From Octopus vulgaris (Eukaryota), in contig OX597840.1 in assembly GCA_951406725.2 (NCBI GenBank), positions 5,270,001-5,334,000 of the forward strand: 64,000 nt of DNA, written 5' to 3'. Position numbers and translations under genes: made by a program. Under the pieces are notes generated by a model. It searched no databases. It was not told the origin of the DNA and saw only the letters and a list, made by a program, of their open reading frames with translations. Positions 41,085 to 53,538 of the stretch are shown here, one piece after another; within the stretch, counting starts at the first letter, position 1, and each line of letters starts with the position of its first letter.

Positions 41085-41282
41085 ACTTACTTGGTGTTCA
41101 CACATTTTTTTCTCTCCTTGTTTCTCTCCTTGTTTCTTTTCTGTATATCTTTCTGTCGAAGAGAGTAGGCTCGAAACGTAAAAGACATGTTTTATTTCTA
41201 TTCCTGAGTGCCATAATAATACAATTATTTGTTTGTACTCCACCTGCCTTCGTCTTTTGTTTATTTTCGTAAACCTTCCCGT

Positions 41283-41284
<2 letters not shown>
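41085..41284 (+). mobile_element. (TA)n-adjacent pLTR-like repeat with minimal hammerhead-like motif at 41148-41185
   Basis: TCTTT-CTGTCGA-A-GAGA-gtag-GCTC-GAAA-CG-TA-AAAGA. Confidence 0.62.
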
Positions 41285-41315
<31 letters not shown>

Positions 41316-41577
41316 CCGATGAACTTCTTTCAGTTTCTGTTTATCAGATCCACTCATTAGACTTTGGTCGATCCGAGGCTATAGTAGAAGATATTTGCCC
41401 AAGGTGCCTCGCAGTGAGCCTGAACCCGGAACCATGTGGTTGGGAAACAAACTGTTTCTTTATATGTATATATATATAGTTTTGTATGTGACTCCCTACA
41501 TTATCCAAAACAAGACTTCAACATTTACATCCTGCAACATAAGCCAGGGACCAAATAGTAAAAGAAGAGAACCCACC

Positions 41578-41735
41578 TCAAAACCCTTTTTTGCTTTGTT
41601 TAGGGCCCATTATTGAAGGAAGAGAGTCTGCGAAAGCCTTAGTCTTTCTTATTCCTCCTGTTAATGGCATAATTGCATGGAGAGTTGACCAGTATGATGA
41701 AATACCTTGTGGTATTGGCTCTGGCTGTCCACCTC
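41578..41735 (-). CDS. Putative terminal coding exon: (R)GGQPEPIPQGISSYWSTLHAIMPLTGGIRKTKAFADSLPSIMGPKQSKKGF*
   Basis: Minus acceptor ttttcgttcag after a long pyrimidine tract, phase 1, A/T-rich third codon positions, TGA at 41580-41578; in frame with the donor at 52400. Confidence 0.55.
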
Positions 41736-41819
41736 CTGAACGAAAATCCCTACTTAAAGATAGAGAGGTAGCAAGTAAGAAAGAGGGAGAGAGAGAAAAG
41801 GAGAAAGAATGTGAAGAAG

Positions 41820-42820
41820 TGTGAGTAGTTGTAGTAGTAGTGGTGGTGGTGGTGGTGGCTGTAGATGTGTTGAGGTGGTGGTCATGGCAGTCAGCAATGG
41901 CTATAGTACTGGTGGTAGTGGAGGCAGGTGGTGGTGGTGTGTCTCGATTGAGGGAGGAGTGGAAGAGGTGTTCATGGTGCTGGTAATAACTGAGGTTGTG
42001 GTGGTAGTGGTAATGGTGGTGGTTGTAGCGGTGTCGGTGTTGGTGGTGGTGGTGTTGTTATTTTGATGCAGTTGGTGGTGTCGGTGGCTTTCGTGACATT
42101 GGTTATGGTGGTGGTGTTATTGTTGTTAGTCGCGGCATTGGTGAGGATGGTGGTGGTTTTGATGGAGACGACAGTGGTGATGGTGGTGGTGGTGGTGACA
42201 ACGCTGGTGGTGGGTATGATGATGGTGGTAGTGGTTGCAGCGGCACTGGTGATGTGTGTGATAGTGTTAGTGGTGAGTGCGATGATGATGGTGGTGGTGG
42301 TGGTGGTAGTGGTGGTGGTGGTGGTGGTGGTAGCAGTGCTGTTGGTGGGTATGATGATGGTGGTGGTGGTGGTGGTGGTGGTGGCAACACTGGTGGTGGG
42401 TATGATGATGGTGGTAGTGGTTGCGGTAACGCTGGTGGTGAGTGTGATGATGATGATGATGGTAGTGAATGCAGTGCTAGTGGTGAGTGTGATGATGGTG
42501 GTGGTGGTAGTGGTGGTGGTGGTGGTGGTGGTAGCAGTACTATTGGTGTGTACGATGATGGTGGTAGTGATGGTAGTGCTAGTGGTATGTGTGATGATGA
42601 TGATGGTGGTGGTGGTGATGATAGTGTTAGTGGTGAGTGTGATGATGGTGGTGGTGGTGGTGGTGGTGGTGGCAGTGCTGATGGTGGGTATGATGATGAT
42701 GGTAGTGGTTGCGGTAGCGCTGGTGGTGAGTGTGATGATGATGATGATGATGGTGGTAGTGATGGTAGTGCTAGTGGTGAGTGCGATGATGGTGGTGGTG
42801 GTGGTGGTAGTGGTGGTGAT
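41820..42820. repeat. Degenerate (GGT/GAT)n trinucleotide minisatellite
   Basis: Directly visible; source of the poly-V/G/P ORFs. Confidence 0.93.
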
Positions 42821-42942
42821 ACTCCAAGAAAAGTCACATGACTGTGTCTCTGTGTTCTTTTGGGCAGAGAATAATTTGTTTAGGTTTCATGTATGGCTGA
42901 CTTTTGAAGGAGATGCATGGCGTGTGTGTGTGTGTGTGTACG

Positions 42943-43005
<63 letters not shown>

Positions 43006-43082
43006 TTACATGTGTGTGTGTCTAAGTGTATGAAAGTTACATGCTTCAATGTGTCTGCATTAACTTTTAAAGGAGGTACAGC

Positions 43083-43166
43083 ATGTGTGTGTGAGTGTGT
43101 GTGTGAGTGTGTGTGTGTGCATGTGTGTGGTTGTGTGAGTGTGTGTGTGTGTGTGCATGTGTGTGG

Positions 43167-43207
<41 letters not shown>

Positions 43208-44100
43208 TGTGTGTGTGTGTGCATGTGTGTGGTTGTGTGAGTGTGTGTGTGTGCATGTGTGTGGTTGTGTGAGTGTGTGTGTGTGCATGTGTGTGGTTGT
43301 GTGAGTGTGTGTGTGTGTGTGCATGTGTGTGGTTGTGTGAATGTGTGTGTGTGTGCATGTGTGTGGTTGTGTGAGTGTGTGTGTGTGTGTGCATGTGTGT
43401 GGTTGTGTGAGTGTGTGTGTGTGTGCATGTGTGTGGTTGTGTGAGTGTGTGTGTGCATGTGTGTGGTTGTGTGAGTGTGTGTGTGTGTGCATGTGTGTGG
43501 TTGTGTGAGTGTGTGTGTGTGCATGTGTGTGGTTGTGTGAGTGTGTGTGTGTACATGTGTGTGTGTTGTGTGTGTGTGTGTGTGTGTGTGTGTGGTTGAG
43601 TGTGTGTGTGTGTGTACATGTGTGTGGTTGTGTGAGTGTGTGTGTGCATGTGTGTGGTTGTGTGAGTGTGTGTGTGTGTGTGCATGTGTGTGGTTGTGTG
43701 AGTGTGTGTGTGTGTGCATGTGTATGGTTGTGTGAGTGTGTGTTTGTGTGTGCATGTGTGTGGTTGTGTGAGTGTGTGTTTGTGTGCATGTGTGGTTGTG
43801 TGAGTGTGTGTGTGTGTGTGCATGTGTGTGGTTGTGTGAGTGTGTGTGTGTGCATGTGTGTGGTTGTGTGAGTGTGTGTGTGTGCATGTGTGTGGTTGTG
43901 TGAGTGTGTGTGTGTGCATGTGTGTGGTTGTGTGGTTGTGTGTGTGTGTGCATGTGTGTGGTTGTGTGAGTGTGTGTGTGTGCATGTGTGTGGTTGTGTG
44001 TGTGTGTGTGTGTGCATGTGTGTGTACATGTGTGTGTGTGCATGTGTGTGGTTGTGTGAGTGTGTATGTGCATGTGTGTGGTTGTGTGTGTACATGCATG
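43083..44100. repeat. Minisatellite, ~28-34-bp unit gcatgtgtgtggttgtgtga(gt)n
   Basis: About 30 units visible. Confidence 0.95.
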
Positions 44101-44497
44101 TGATTGCATATGTGTATAATTGTGAATGTGTGTGTGCTTGTGATTTGTCGTATGTGTGCACATGTCTCTGTGTATAAGTGCGTGTCTGTATGCATGTGTG
44201 TGATTGGTTGTGTATATGTGTATGTATTGCATATATGTGTATATATGTGTATATATGTGTGTATTTGACAGCACATAAAGCTGTGTGTTGTGTGTGTGTG
44301 TGTGTGTGTGTATTGTCAATGTGTGGGGGTATGTGCATTTGTGCTTGTGTATGTGTGTGCATATCGTCTACGTGTGTATGTGCAAATTTTTGCATATGTG
44401 TATTTGTGTGCATTTGGTTGTGTATGTTTGTGTATGTTTGTGTATGCATGTATGTATTCACGTATTTGTAAATGGATGTATATGTGAGCTGGATGTA

Positions 44498-44666
44498 CGC
44501 AGGAGTGGCTGTGTGGTAAGTAGCTTGCTAACCAACCACATGGTTCCGAGTTCAGTCCCACTGCGTGGCATCTTGGGCAAGTGTCTTCTACTATAGCCCC
44601 GGGCCGACCAATGACTTGTGAGTGGATTTGGTAGATGGAAACTGAAAGAAGCCCGTCGTATATATG

Positions 44667-44697
<31 letters not shown>

Positions 44698-44927
44698 ATG
44701 TGTGTGTGTTTGTGTGTCTGTGTTTGTCCCCCTAGCATTGCTTGACAACTGATGCTGGTGTGTTTATGTCCCCGTCACTTAGCGGTTCGGCAAAAGAGAC
44801 CGATAGAATAAGTACTGGGCTTACAAAGAATAAGTCTCGGGGTCGAGTTGCTCGATTAAAGGCAGTGCTCCAGCATGGCCACAGTCAAATGACTGAAACA
44901 AGTAAAAGAGTAAAAGAGTAAAAGAGA
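44498..44927 (+). mobile_element. Family A SINE, full length
   Basis: Matches consensus. Confidence 0.92.
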
Positions 44928-44934
44928 TATATAT

Positions 44935-45235
44935 GTGAAGGCTCATGGCTCAGTGGTTAGAACGTCGGGCTCACAATTGTGAGGTAGTGAGTTCGATTCC
45001 CAAACTGAGCTGTGTGTTATACTCTTGAGCAAGACACTTTGCTTCAGCTGTAGAAATGTGTTGCAATGTCACTGGTGCCAAGCTGTATCAGCCCCTTTTG
45101 CCTTTCCCTTGGATAACACTGGTAGTGTGGAGAGGGGAGGCTGGTATGTACAGGTGACTGCTAATCTTCCATAAACAACCTTGCCTGGCCTTGTACCTCA
45201 GAGGGGAACTTTCATGACTGAAGTGAGTCTTTACC
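44935..45235 (+). mobile_element. Family F SINE (internally deleted)
   Basis: Homologous to 29224-29818. Confidence 0.85.
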
Positions 45236-45242
45236 CTTTTAA

Positions 45243-45273
<31 letters not shown>

Positions 45274-45300
45274 GATATATTTATGTATATGTGTGTATTA

Positions 45301-45865
45301 TTGGGTTGTCTGGAGAGTTCATGATGATTTATAGTAGCTTACCTTTCGACTTATTTTAGAAGATGGTTGAGTCCATAAAATAGGATTTGACTACACCTCC
45401 ATTTTGAGCACAGTTTAAGTTATATTTTCATGGAAGAAGGTTTATATTCCTATAACCTGTGTTAATTCTGTAACCCTTTAAAATGGAAGATAAGAAAGCT
45501 CATTTTCAGCACTTGATGCTTTGGGAACCAGACAAAAATTGCTGCAGCTCAGCTGGGATATGTTACCCCACCCTCCATATTCACCAGATATTGCTCCTTC
45601 AGATTTCCACTTATTCAGGTCTCTGCAGAATAGTCTTAATGGTAAAAATTTCAATTCCTTGGATAACATAAAATGTTACCTTGATGAATTCTTTGCCATG
45701 AAACCACCTCAATTCTGGGAATAGGGTATTTTCAAGTTAAAGGAAAGATGGAGACGCATTGTGCCACAAAATGGTTCATATTTGGTTGATTAAAAATGCA
45801 ATGGCAAGTATTTATTGACCTTTTTCTTTCCTTTAAAAATCGGCACAAACTTTCTGGACAACCTG
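45301..45865 (+). mobile_element. Internally deleted mariner transposon
   Basis: TA then TIR 'ttgggttgtctggagagttc' vs 'aaactttctggacaacc'; N-terminus MEDKKAHFQHLML fused to C-terminal LPHPPYSPDIAPSDFHLFRSLQNSL (mariner YSPDLAP motif). Confidence 0.9.
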
Positions 45866-46011
45866 TGCATGCATGTGTGTGCTTGTCCCACTGCTCTCCA
45901 CACCTTAACTGGTGTCGCTTGGTTTACATCTTTTTCAAAACTTAGTAGTTTAGCAATTAGAGAACGATAGAACAAATAGCAATCTTAAATCATTAAGTTT
46001 GTTTGTTCCTT

Positions 46012-46302
46012 CTCAAGCCATGCCTGGCTCATAAGGGCCGGTTTCCTGGTTTCCTTGGCGTATAAGTTCCCCACCTGGACGGGACGCCTGCCCATCACAG
46101 GTGAGCTGCAGGATGCAGGAGGAAAGAGTGAGAGAAAGTTGTGGCGAAAGAGTCAGCAGAAGTTCGCCTTTACCTCCTGCCGGAGCTGCGTGGAGCTTAG
46201 GTGTTTCGCTCATAAAATCACACATCGCCAAGTCTGAGATTTGAACCCGCGATCCCTCAACTGCGAGTCCACTGCTCTAACCACTAGGCAATGTGCCTCC
46301 AC
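46012..46302 (-). mobile_element. Family D-type SINE head with V-domain-like tail
   Basis: Head '...ctaaccactaggcaatgtgcctccac'; tail 'ggctcataagggccggtttcctggttt...ctggacgggacgcc' shared with family E. Confidence 0.8.
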
Positions 46303-46988
46303 AAATCATTAAGTAGTGAGGGTTACTCTTCTACTCTTCTACTTGTTTCAATCATTTGACTGTGGCCAAGCTGGAGCACCGCCCTTAGTCAAGCAAATCG
46401 ACCCCAGGACTTATTCTTTGTAAGCCTAGTACTTATTCTCTCAGTGTCTTTTGCTGAACCGCTAAGTTACGGGTTATTTTTTTTCCTACTAAAATCCTTG
46501 AACACAGTGCTCCCGCATGGCCACACCTCAATGACATGAACAAGTTAAAGAATATAAGAGCAAAAAGATGAAGTGCTAATAATGGTTTGAAATTTTGGCC
46601 CAAGGCCAACGGTTTAGAAGAAAGGGGCTACATCGATCCTGGTGTTCAACTGGTACTTAATTTATTGGCTGTGAAGGGATGAAAGGAAAAAACTGACCTT
46701 TGTGGAATTTGAACTCAGAACCTAAAGAGCAAAAATGGTTTGTAGTAACATTGATGGTAGTGGTGTGGCTATGGGTTGGTCAAGGGTGGTGCTTAGTACT
46801 TCCTGTGTTGTTTGTTCTGAAGAGAGACCGGGAGAGGGGAGTAGGAGGAAAAGACGGAGAGGGAGCAGGCAGAGGGAGAGAGGAGAAAAAAGAGTGAGAC
46901 AGGAGACACAGACAGGGAGAGAGGGGGAGAGAAGGAAGAAGGTGGTCCTTGAAATTGGAAAAGAAGTAAGAAGAGAAGAAGAAAGAAG

Positions 46989-47022
<34 letters not shown>

Positions 47023-47089
47023 GAGGTGTGGAGTGATGAAGAAGGGTAAATGGATGGGTGTGTTGGTGGGAGAGAAGTGGAAGAATTCA

Positions 47090-47575
47090 TGATGGTAGTG
47101 GTGGTGGTGGTGGTGGTGACTGTGATGGTGATAATGTTGATGGTGATGCTGATGGTGGTGCTGATGGTGGTGATGGCAGCAGAAATGCCGCTGCCGAAGA
47201 TGGCGGTGTTAGGGAGTATGGTGGTGGTGGTGGTGGTGGTGGTGGTGGTGGTGGTGGTGGTGGTGGTGGTGGTGGTGTTGGTGGTGGTGTTGGTGGTGCT
47301 ATTGGTGGTGGTGTTGCTGGTGGTGTTGCTGGTGGTGGTGGTGTTGGTGGTGGTGTTGGTGTTGGTGGTGGTGGTGGTGTTGCTGATGGTGGTGGTGGTG
47401 GTGGTGGTCGTGGTCGTGGTGGTGGTGGTCGTGGTGGTGGTCGTGGTCGTGGTGGTGGTCGTGGTGGTGGTCGTGGTCGTGGTGTTGTTGTTGTTGGTGG
47501 TGGTGGTGTTGGTGGTAGTGTTGGTGGTCGTGGTAGTCGTGGTGGTGGTGTTGGTGGTGGTGGGTCGTGGTGTGT
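47090..47575. repeat. (GGT)n-based trinucleotide tract
   Basis: Directly visible. Confidence 0.95.
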
Positions 47576-48016
47576 TGCCAAAGTGGAGGGTAGCCAGAAT
47601 TCCAGGAAGTTCTTGTCACATTAAGAATCAGTGAGGTAAAATAACAACAGCTCATGGACAGGAACAGCAATAACAACAACAACAAAAACAACAACAACAA
47701 AAACAACAACAGCATAAAAAAACAACAAAAATGACTGCAGAAACGACTGCAACAAGAACAACAATAAGAAAACAAAAAAGCAGCAGCTACAGAAACTCCA
47801 TCAACTATAAGAAAGGTGATAACGATAATGAAGGTAGTAATAAAAATAAAGATTACGATAATAATAATAATTATAACAATAATAATAATAATAATAATAA
47901 TAGTAATAATAACAGTAATAATAACAATAATAATAAGAAGAATAATAAGAATAATAATTATAATAATAATAATAACAGTATTAATAACAATAATAATAAT
48001 AATAATAATAATAGCA

Positions 48017-48456
48017 ATAAAGTTTGCTTATTGATCGACATGAGCATCCCCTGTGATCATAATATCTCAGCGAAAGAGTTTGACAAGCTCAGAAAATATA
48101 AAGACCTACTCATTGAAATTGAGAAAATGTGGCATCTCAAGGCGGTTACAATACCAGTGATCGTAGGAGCACTAGGAATGATCAAGAAGGGAACCGAAAA
48201 TTATATGAGAATGATCCCTGCAAGAAGTGCAAAAGATTGTCTTAACTGGTACATCACACGTATTGAGAAGAGCATTGTCGATGTGAGAACAGTTGCTGCT
48301 CATGTATTTTAATTTAACTTGAAAAAAAAAAAAAAAATGAACGAACTATTGAGTTTGGTTTAATGGCTTACCAATGTATACTATGAGTTTCTTTGCCCTA
48401 GGAGTCGGGAAGACACTCGGCAAGAAATGGAAGCAAATTTGAAAGAAGAAAAAAAA
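48017..48456 (+). mobile_element. R4/Dong-like LINE 3' fragment in (AAT)n
   Basis: KVCLLIDMSIPCDHNISAKEFDKLRKYKDLLIEIEKMWHLKAVTIPVIVGALGMI (RLE domain), A-rich end, (AAT)n on both sides. Confidence 0.88.
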
Positions 48457-48524
48457 ATAGTAATAATAATAATAATAATAATAGTAATAATAAAAATAAT
48501 AATATTAACAGTAATAATAATAAT

Positions 48525-48946
48525 TCCTAGGAATTCCTAGAGACTTGGATAATTCACCTCTGGAAACATGGGCTGACGATATGTGCATCTCTGATCATGA
48601 GCAGAAGTAGTGGGGGAGCATCATAGCCATGTGTTGAGAGGAATTCTTTGGGGTTTTAATAATTCACCTTTGGAGATATAGCTGTTTTCCACAACGTCCT
48701 TAAACAATCCTTATTCCGGGACCTTTTGAGTGGGATGGGCTACTCGACCAGTAGAAAATTGTAATTGGGCCCCACCTGCAAGATCATGTGCTGTTTATCT
48801 TGATATGAGATCACCATGTCGCGCAAATATGGTTGTGATGCATGTGCCTAGTGTACCCTTATCAGATGGGTAGTCATGGTGGGTATACTGGGCTTCGTAT
48901 ATTTAACCCCAGTGTCACTATGATGGCATGTACTGCTCTCTCACTC
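48525..48946. mobile_element. Unclassified insert in (AAT)n with an internal direct repeat
   Basis: Bounded by (AAT)n/(GAT)n; 'ataattcacct(c/t)tgga' occurs twice (~48549 and ~48659). Confidence 0.45.
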
Positions 48947-49151
48947 AATGATGATGATGATGATGATGATAATAATAATAATAATAATAATGATAATAAT
49001 AATAATAATAATAATGATAATAATAATAGTAATAATAATTGTTTCAAATTTTTTTCCACAAGGGCAGCTTTGGGGAGGGAATCAAGTCAATTACATTGAC
49101 CCCAGTGTATAACTGGTACTTGTTTTATTGACCCTAAAAAGATGAAAGGCA

Positions 49152-49203
<52 letters not shown>

Positions 49204-49404
49204 GTAATAATAGTAATAATAATAATAGTAAAAATAATAACAGTAATAACAATAATAATAATAATACTAATAATAGTAATAATAATAATAATAATAACAA
49301 TAATAATAATAACAGTAATAATAGTAATAATAATGATAATAATAATAACAATAATAATAATAACAGTAATAATAATAATGATAATAACAATAATATTAAC
49401 AGTA

Positions 49405-49446
<42 letters not shown>

Positions 49447-49465
49447 GTAACAATAGTAATGATAC

Positions 49466-49512
<47 letters not shown>
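49152..49512. repeat. (AAT/AAC/AGT)n microsatellite
   Basis: Directly visible. Confidence 0.95.
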
Positions 49513-49514
49513 GG

Positions 49515-50006
49515 GGCAAGTGAAATCGAAATCGAAATTGAACCAATCCTATGACTGGTGCTCGGCAGTTGCCAGGACCGCTGGACTGACTCCTGTGCAG
49601 GTGGCAAGTGAAGAAACACCATTTCAAACCTGTGCTTCAGGAGATCCATTGAGTCAAGTACACTGACATCAAAATCAATGGAAACTGCAGTTGTGATCCC
49701 TGAGCCGGTGGCACATAAAAAGCACCATCCGAATCATGGCCGATGCCAGTGCCACCTCGTTTGGCTTTTGTGCCGGTGGCACGTAAAATGCACCGATCCG
49801 ATCGTGGCCGTTGCCAGACCCGCCTGGCACCTGTGCAGGTGGCACGTAAAAAGCACCCACTACACTCACGGAGTGGTTGGTGTTAGGAAGGGCATCCAGT
49901 TGTAGAAACACTGCCAGATCAGACTGGAGCCTGGTGCAGCCTTCTGGCTTCCCAGACCCTAGTTGAACCGTCCAACCCATGCTAGCATGGAGAACGGATG
50001 TTAAAC

Positions 50007-50037
<31 letters not shown>
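49515..50037 (+). mobile_element. Family B retroposon
   Basis: Subrepeats and (GAT)n tail. Confidence 0.85.
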
Positions 50038-50091
<54 letters not shown>

Positions 50092-50287
50092 ATTATTATT
50101 ATTATCATCATAATCCTTTTTGCAATAGGCAGAAGGCCTGAAATTTGGGAGAGGGGACTAGTTGATCACATTGATTCCGACTGGATGAGAGGCAAAGTCA
50201 ACCCTGGTGGAATTTGAACTGAGAACGTAGCTAAAATACCACTAAGCATTTTGTCCAGCAAGCTAACGATTCTGCCAGCTCACTGCC

Positions 50288-50343
<56 letters not shown>

Positions 50344-50344
<1 letters not shown>

Positions 50345-50705
50345 TATCAATACCGGCCGATGACAACGTGTCTCTAAAAGAAATGGAGAAACTCTCAAAA
50401 TACAAAGACCTGGAAATAGAGGTAACTAGAATGTTGAATCTAAAAACAGAAACAATTCCTATCATAGTAGGTGCATTAGGCATGATAAAAAAATATTCAG
50501 ACAAATACATAACAAAAACACCAGGACTTACAAACACATATAACATACAGAAAATTGCACTACTAGGCACTGCACACATCCTACGCAGAACACTTTCCAT
50601 ACAATAACCATCAGAGCATCACAACAAATCACAGCACATACCTAAGGCACACAGAGCTGCACTCGGTAGTGAAGTGAAAGCACGCTATAAAAAATATACT
50701 ACTGA
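50344..50705 (+). mobile_element. R4/Dong-like LINE 3' fragment in (AAT)n
   Basis: VSIPADDNVSLKEMEKLSKYKDLEIEVTRMLNLKTETIPIIVGALGMI...IQKIALLGTAHILRRTL*, flanked by (AAT)n. Confidence 0.9.
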
Positions 50706-50735
50706 ATAATAATAATGATAATAATAATAATAATT

Positions 50736-50766
<31 letters not shown>

Positions 50767-50991
50767 TAATATTATGTTTTACTAAAGGCACAGGGCCTGA
50801 AATTTTGCAGATAGGGGCAAGTCGATTATATCGACTCCAGTGATCAACTGGTACTTGTTTTATTGACCCCAAACCCAAAAGTATGAAAGGCAAAGTTGAC
50901 CTCAGTGGTGTTTGAACTCCGAGTATAGAGCTGGAAGAAATGCTGTTGAGCACTTTGTTTGTTGCACTAATGATTCTGTCAGCTCATCACC

Positions 50992-51049
<58 letters not shown>

Positions 51050-51140
51050 TAATAATAATTTCTTTTGGCAGCCACAGGGAAATAAATGAGGGATACATCA
51101 CAAGGACAAATAATAACAATTATAAAACGTAATTATTATT

Positions 51141-51174
<34 letters not shown>

Positions 51175-51289
51175 GAAATTATTTTGTTTCTTGAAGGTTT
51201 TCATCCATTTGAAGAAATCCTTTTGTCCAATTCCGCTGAAGGATATCACAATTTATTCGTTTCATGCTACCATCATCATCATCAACATC

Positions 51290-51720
51290 ATTCTTTTTCT
51301 ACTTCTTCTTCTTCTGCTTCCTCTTCCTCTTCTTCTTCTTCTTCTTCTTCTTCTTCTTCTTCTTCTTCTTCTTCTTTCTTCTTCTTCTTTCTTCTTCTTC
51401 CCCTTCTCCTCCTCCTCCTCTTCTTCTTTCTTCTTCTTCTCCCTCCTCCTCTTCTTCTTTCTTCTTCTTCAACCTCCCTCCTCCTCTTCTTTCTTCTTCT
51501 TCTCCCTCCTTCCTTTCTTCTCCCTCCTCCTCTTCTTTCTTCTTCTTCCTCCTCTTCTTTCTTCTTCCTTCTCCTCCTCTTCTTTCTTCCTCCTCCTCCC
51601 CTTCTTTCTTCTTCCTCCTCCTCTTCTTCTTCTTCTTCTTCTTCCTCCTACTCCTCCTCTTCCTTCTTCTTCCTCCTTATCCCCCTTCCTCCTCCTCTTC
51701 TTTTTCTCCTTCTCCTTCTA
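51290..51720. repeat. Polypyrimidine (CTT/CCT)n tract
   Basis: Directly visible. Confidence 0.95.
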
Positions 51721-52399
51721 ATTAGTGCTACTAATACTGCTACTAACGATGAAGGCGGCGGCCTTAACAATCATAACGACGGTGATGGTTGTGACAACGA
51801 CGACGATGATGATGATGACGAACAATAGTGCTGGTGGTGGTGGTGGTGGTGGCGGCGATAGTGGTGAAGCTGTCACTGCTCCCAATGATTACAATGATGT
51901 CGATGATAATGGTGATAACGATAACGATGATTACGATGATGACGATGACAACATCAAGAATCGCCATTACAATAGTTGTCATCACGGCAGTGTCGTATTT
52001 GTCATAGTTATCCATGTTCTTCTTCAAGTTCTGTTGAAGTTTCGGACAGAAATAACATTGATAGAGAAGTCAGGAAGAGAAACAAATTAGGACTTTTTTT
52101 CGTTTATTTTGCGTTTGCTTTTTGTGTTGTGTGTTTGTTTGTGCGTTTAAAATTCTGATGTTTATGTGATTGTTGACGAGCAAGAAGAAGATGACAAAAA
52201 TGTTTGTTGTTCTTGTTGTCGTTGTTGTCGTCGTTGTGTTTGTTTGTTATATCCTGCTCTTTGCGGAAGAGAATATTGTCACAGTTCTTTGTTATAAGAT
52301 AACATTGCCGATGGGCGAAAGGACAAAAAAACAAAAAAAAAAAAAACAAAAAAAAAAAGGAAAGAAAACAAACCAACACACACAAACAAACAAACATAC

Positions 52400-52712
52400 G
52401 ACTACTATGGCTTCTTCCTTTTATTGTTCGGAAGTCATCGCGGAGAGAAAAAGCTCGGTCAAGTCTTACCCCACCTTTTGGACTTTTCCGAGAAGAATGA
52501 GAAGGCGGGTGGAGGCAACAGCGGCGATGCTGGTGGTGGTGGTGGTGGTGGTGGTAGTGGTGGTGGCGGCGATGGTGGTGGCGGCGATGGTGGCGGCGGT
52601 GATGGTGGCGGCGGCGATGGTGGTGGCGTAAGGGGGGAAGAGGGGGAAGGGAGAGGGGTGGGGGAGAGCAAAGGGAAGGGACTGGGAGGGAAATGGGGTG
52701 GGGGAGGGGCAA
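52400..52712 (-). CDS. Putative coding exon, Pro/His/Arg-rich then ...HPPSHSSRKSPKGGVRLDRAFSLRDDFRTIKGRSHSS(R); 5' boundary uncertain
   Basis: Donor C|gtatgt at 52400/52399 (phase 1); candidate acceptor tttcag at ~52713; frame open to a stop at 52769; joins 41735 in frame (C|GA = Arg). Confidence 0.5.
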
Positions 52713-52791
52713 CTGAAATGCATGCAATGATGCAATGACAACAGGACTGTGATTGCTTCTGCTTGCTTATGTTGGCAAACGGAGGACATTG

Positions 52792-52863
<72 letters not shown>

Positions 52864-53069
52864 TTAATAATAATAATAATTCTGCCACTACTAGTAATGA
52901 CAATAATAATGATACTCCTCCTCCTCCTACTACTACTACTACTACTACTACTGCAACTACTACTGTTGCTAGTACCACAAGTGGTGTGGGTTGCAGTGCT
53001 GATGGTACTAATAGTTGCTGCAATATTGGTAGAAGCAGCGGCAGCAGCAGCAGCAGCAGCAGCAGTAGC

Positions 53070-53122
<53 letters not shown>

Positions 53123-53490
53123 AGCCAGCAGCACCAACTGAACCTTCTGGGCCTAGAGTCCAGGTATATGGAACTAACGAAGAGATCTCTCTACATAGGC
53201 ACCTGTCATGCTAGAAATACTAGCTTGACACCCTTAAATTCACTCTACCCATCTTGCGGGAACTGAAGAGTGTATTGAAATAAGAATAATTTTAGATATG
53301 TGAAAAGAATGCAGTGGTATTGGTCATGGCTGGAAGATATTTGATCATAAGGTTTGCTGAACCAAGACTGACCTATAGTTAAATAACAACTGCACAAACA
53401 AACAAAACCCGGTTGCTCTTTTTGAAGGCAAAGTGCCATCCCTTTTGTGGAGTAGTGGTGTTACTTCCATAACAGCCACCACCATCATCA

Positions 53491-53535
<45 letters not shown>

Positions 53536-53538
<3 letters not shown>

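Noticed and set aside
41603-41772. Plus-strand exon reading PIIEGRESAKALVFLIPPVNG...
   Set aside because: Its phase is incompatible with the upstream + exon (it would give RAHY*). The frame shares third positions with the minus-strand exon, which has an in-frame partner. Disfavoured rather than excluded.
45483-45724. Transposase ORFs as functional genes
   Set aside because: Most of the transposase, including the DNA-binding domain and the first catalytic residues, is deleted. This is a non-autonomous relic.
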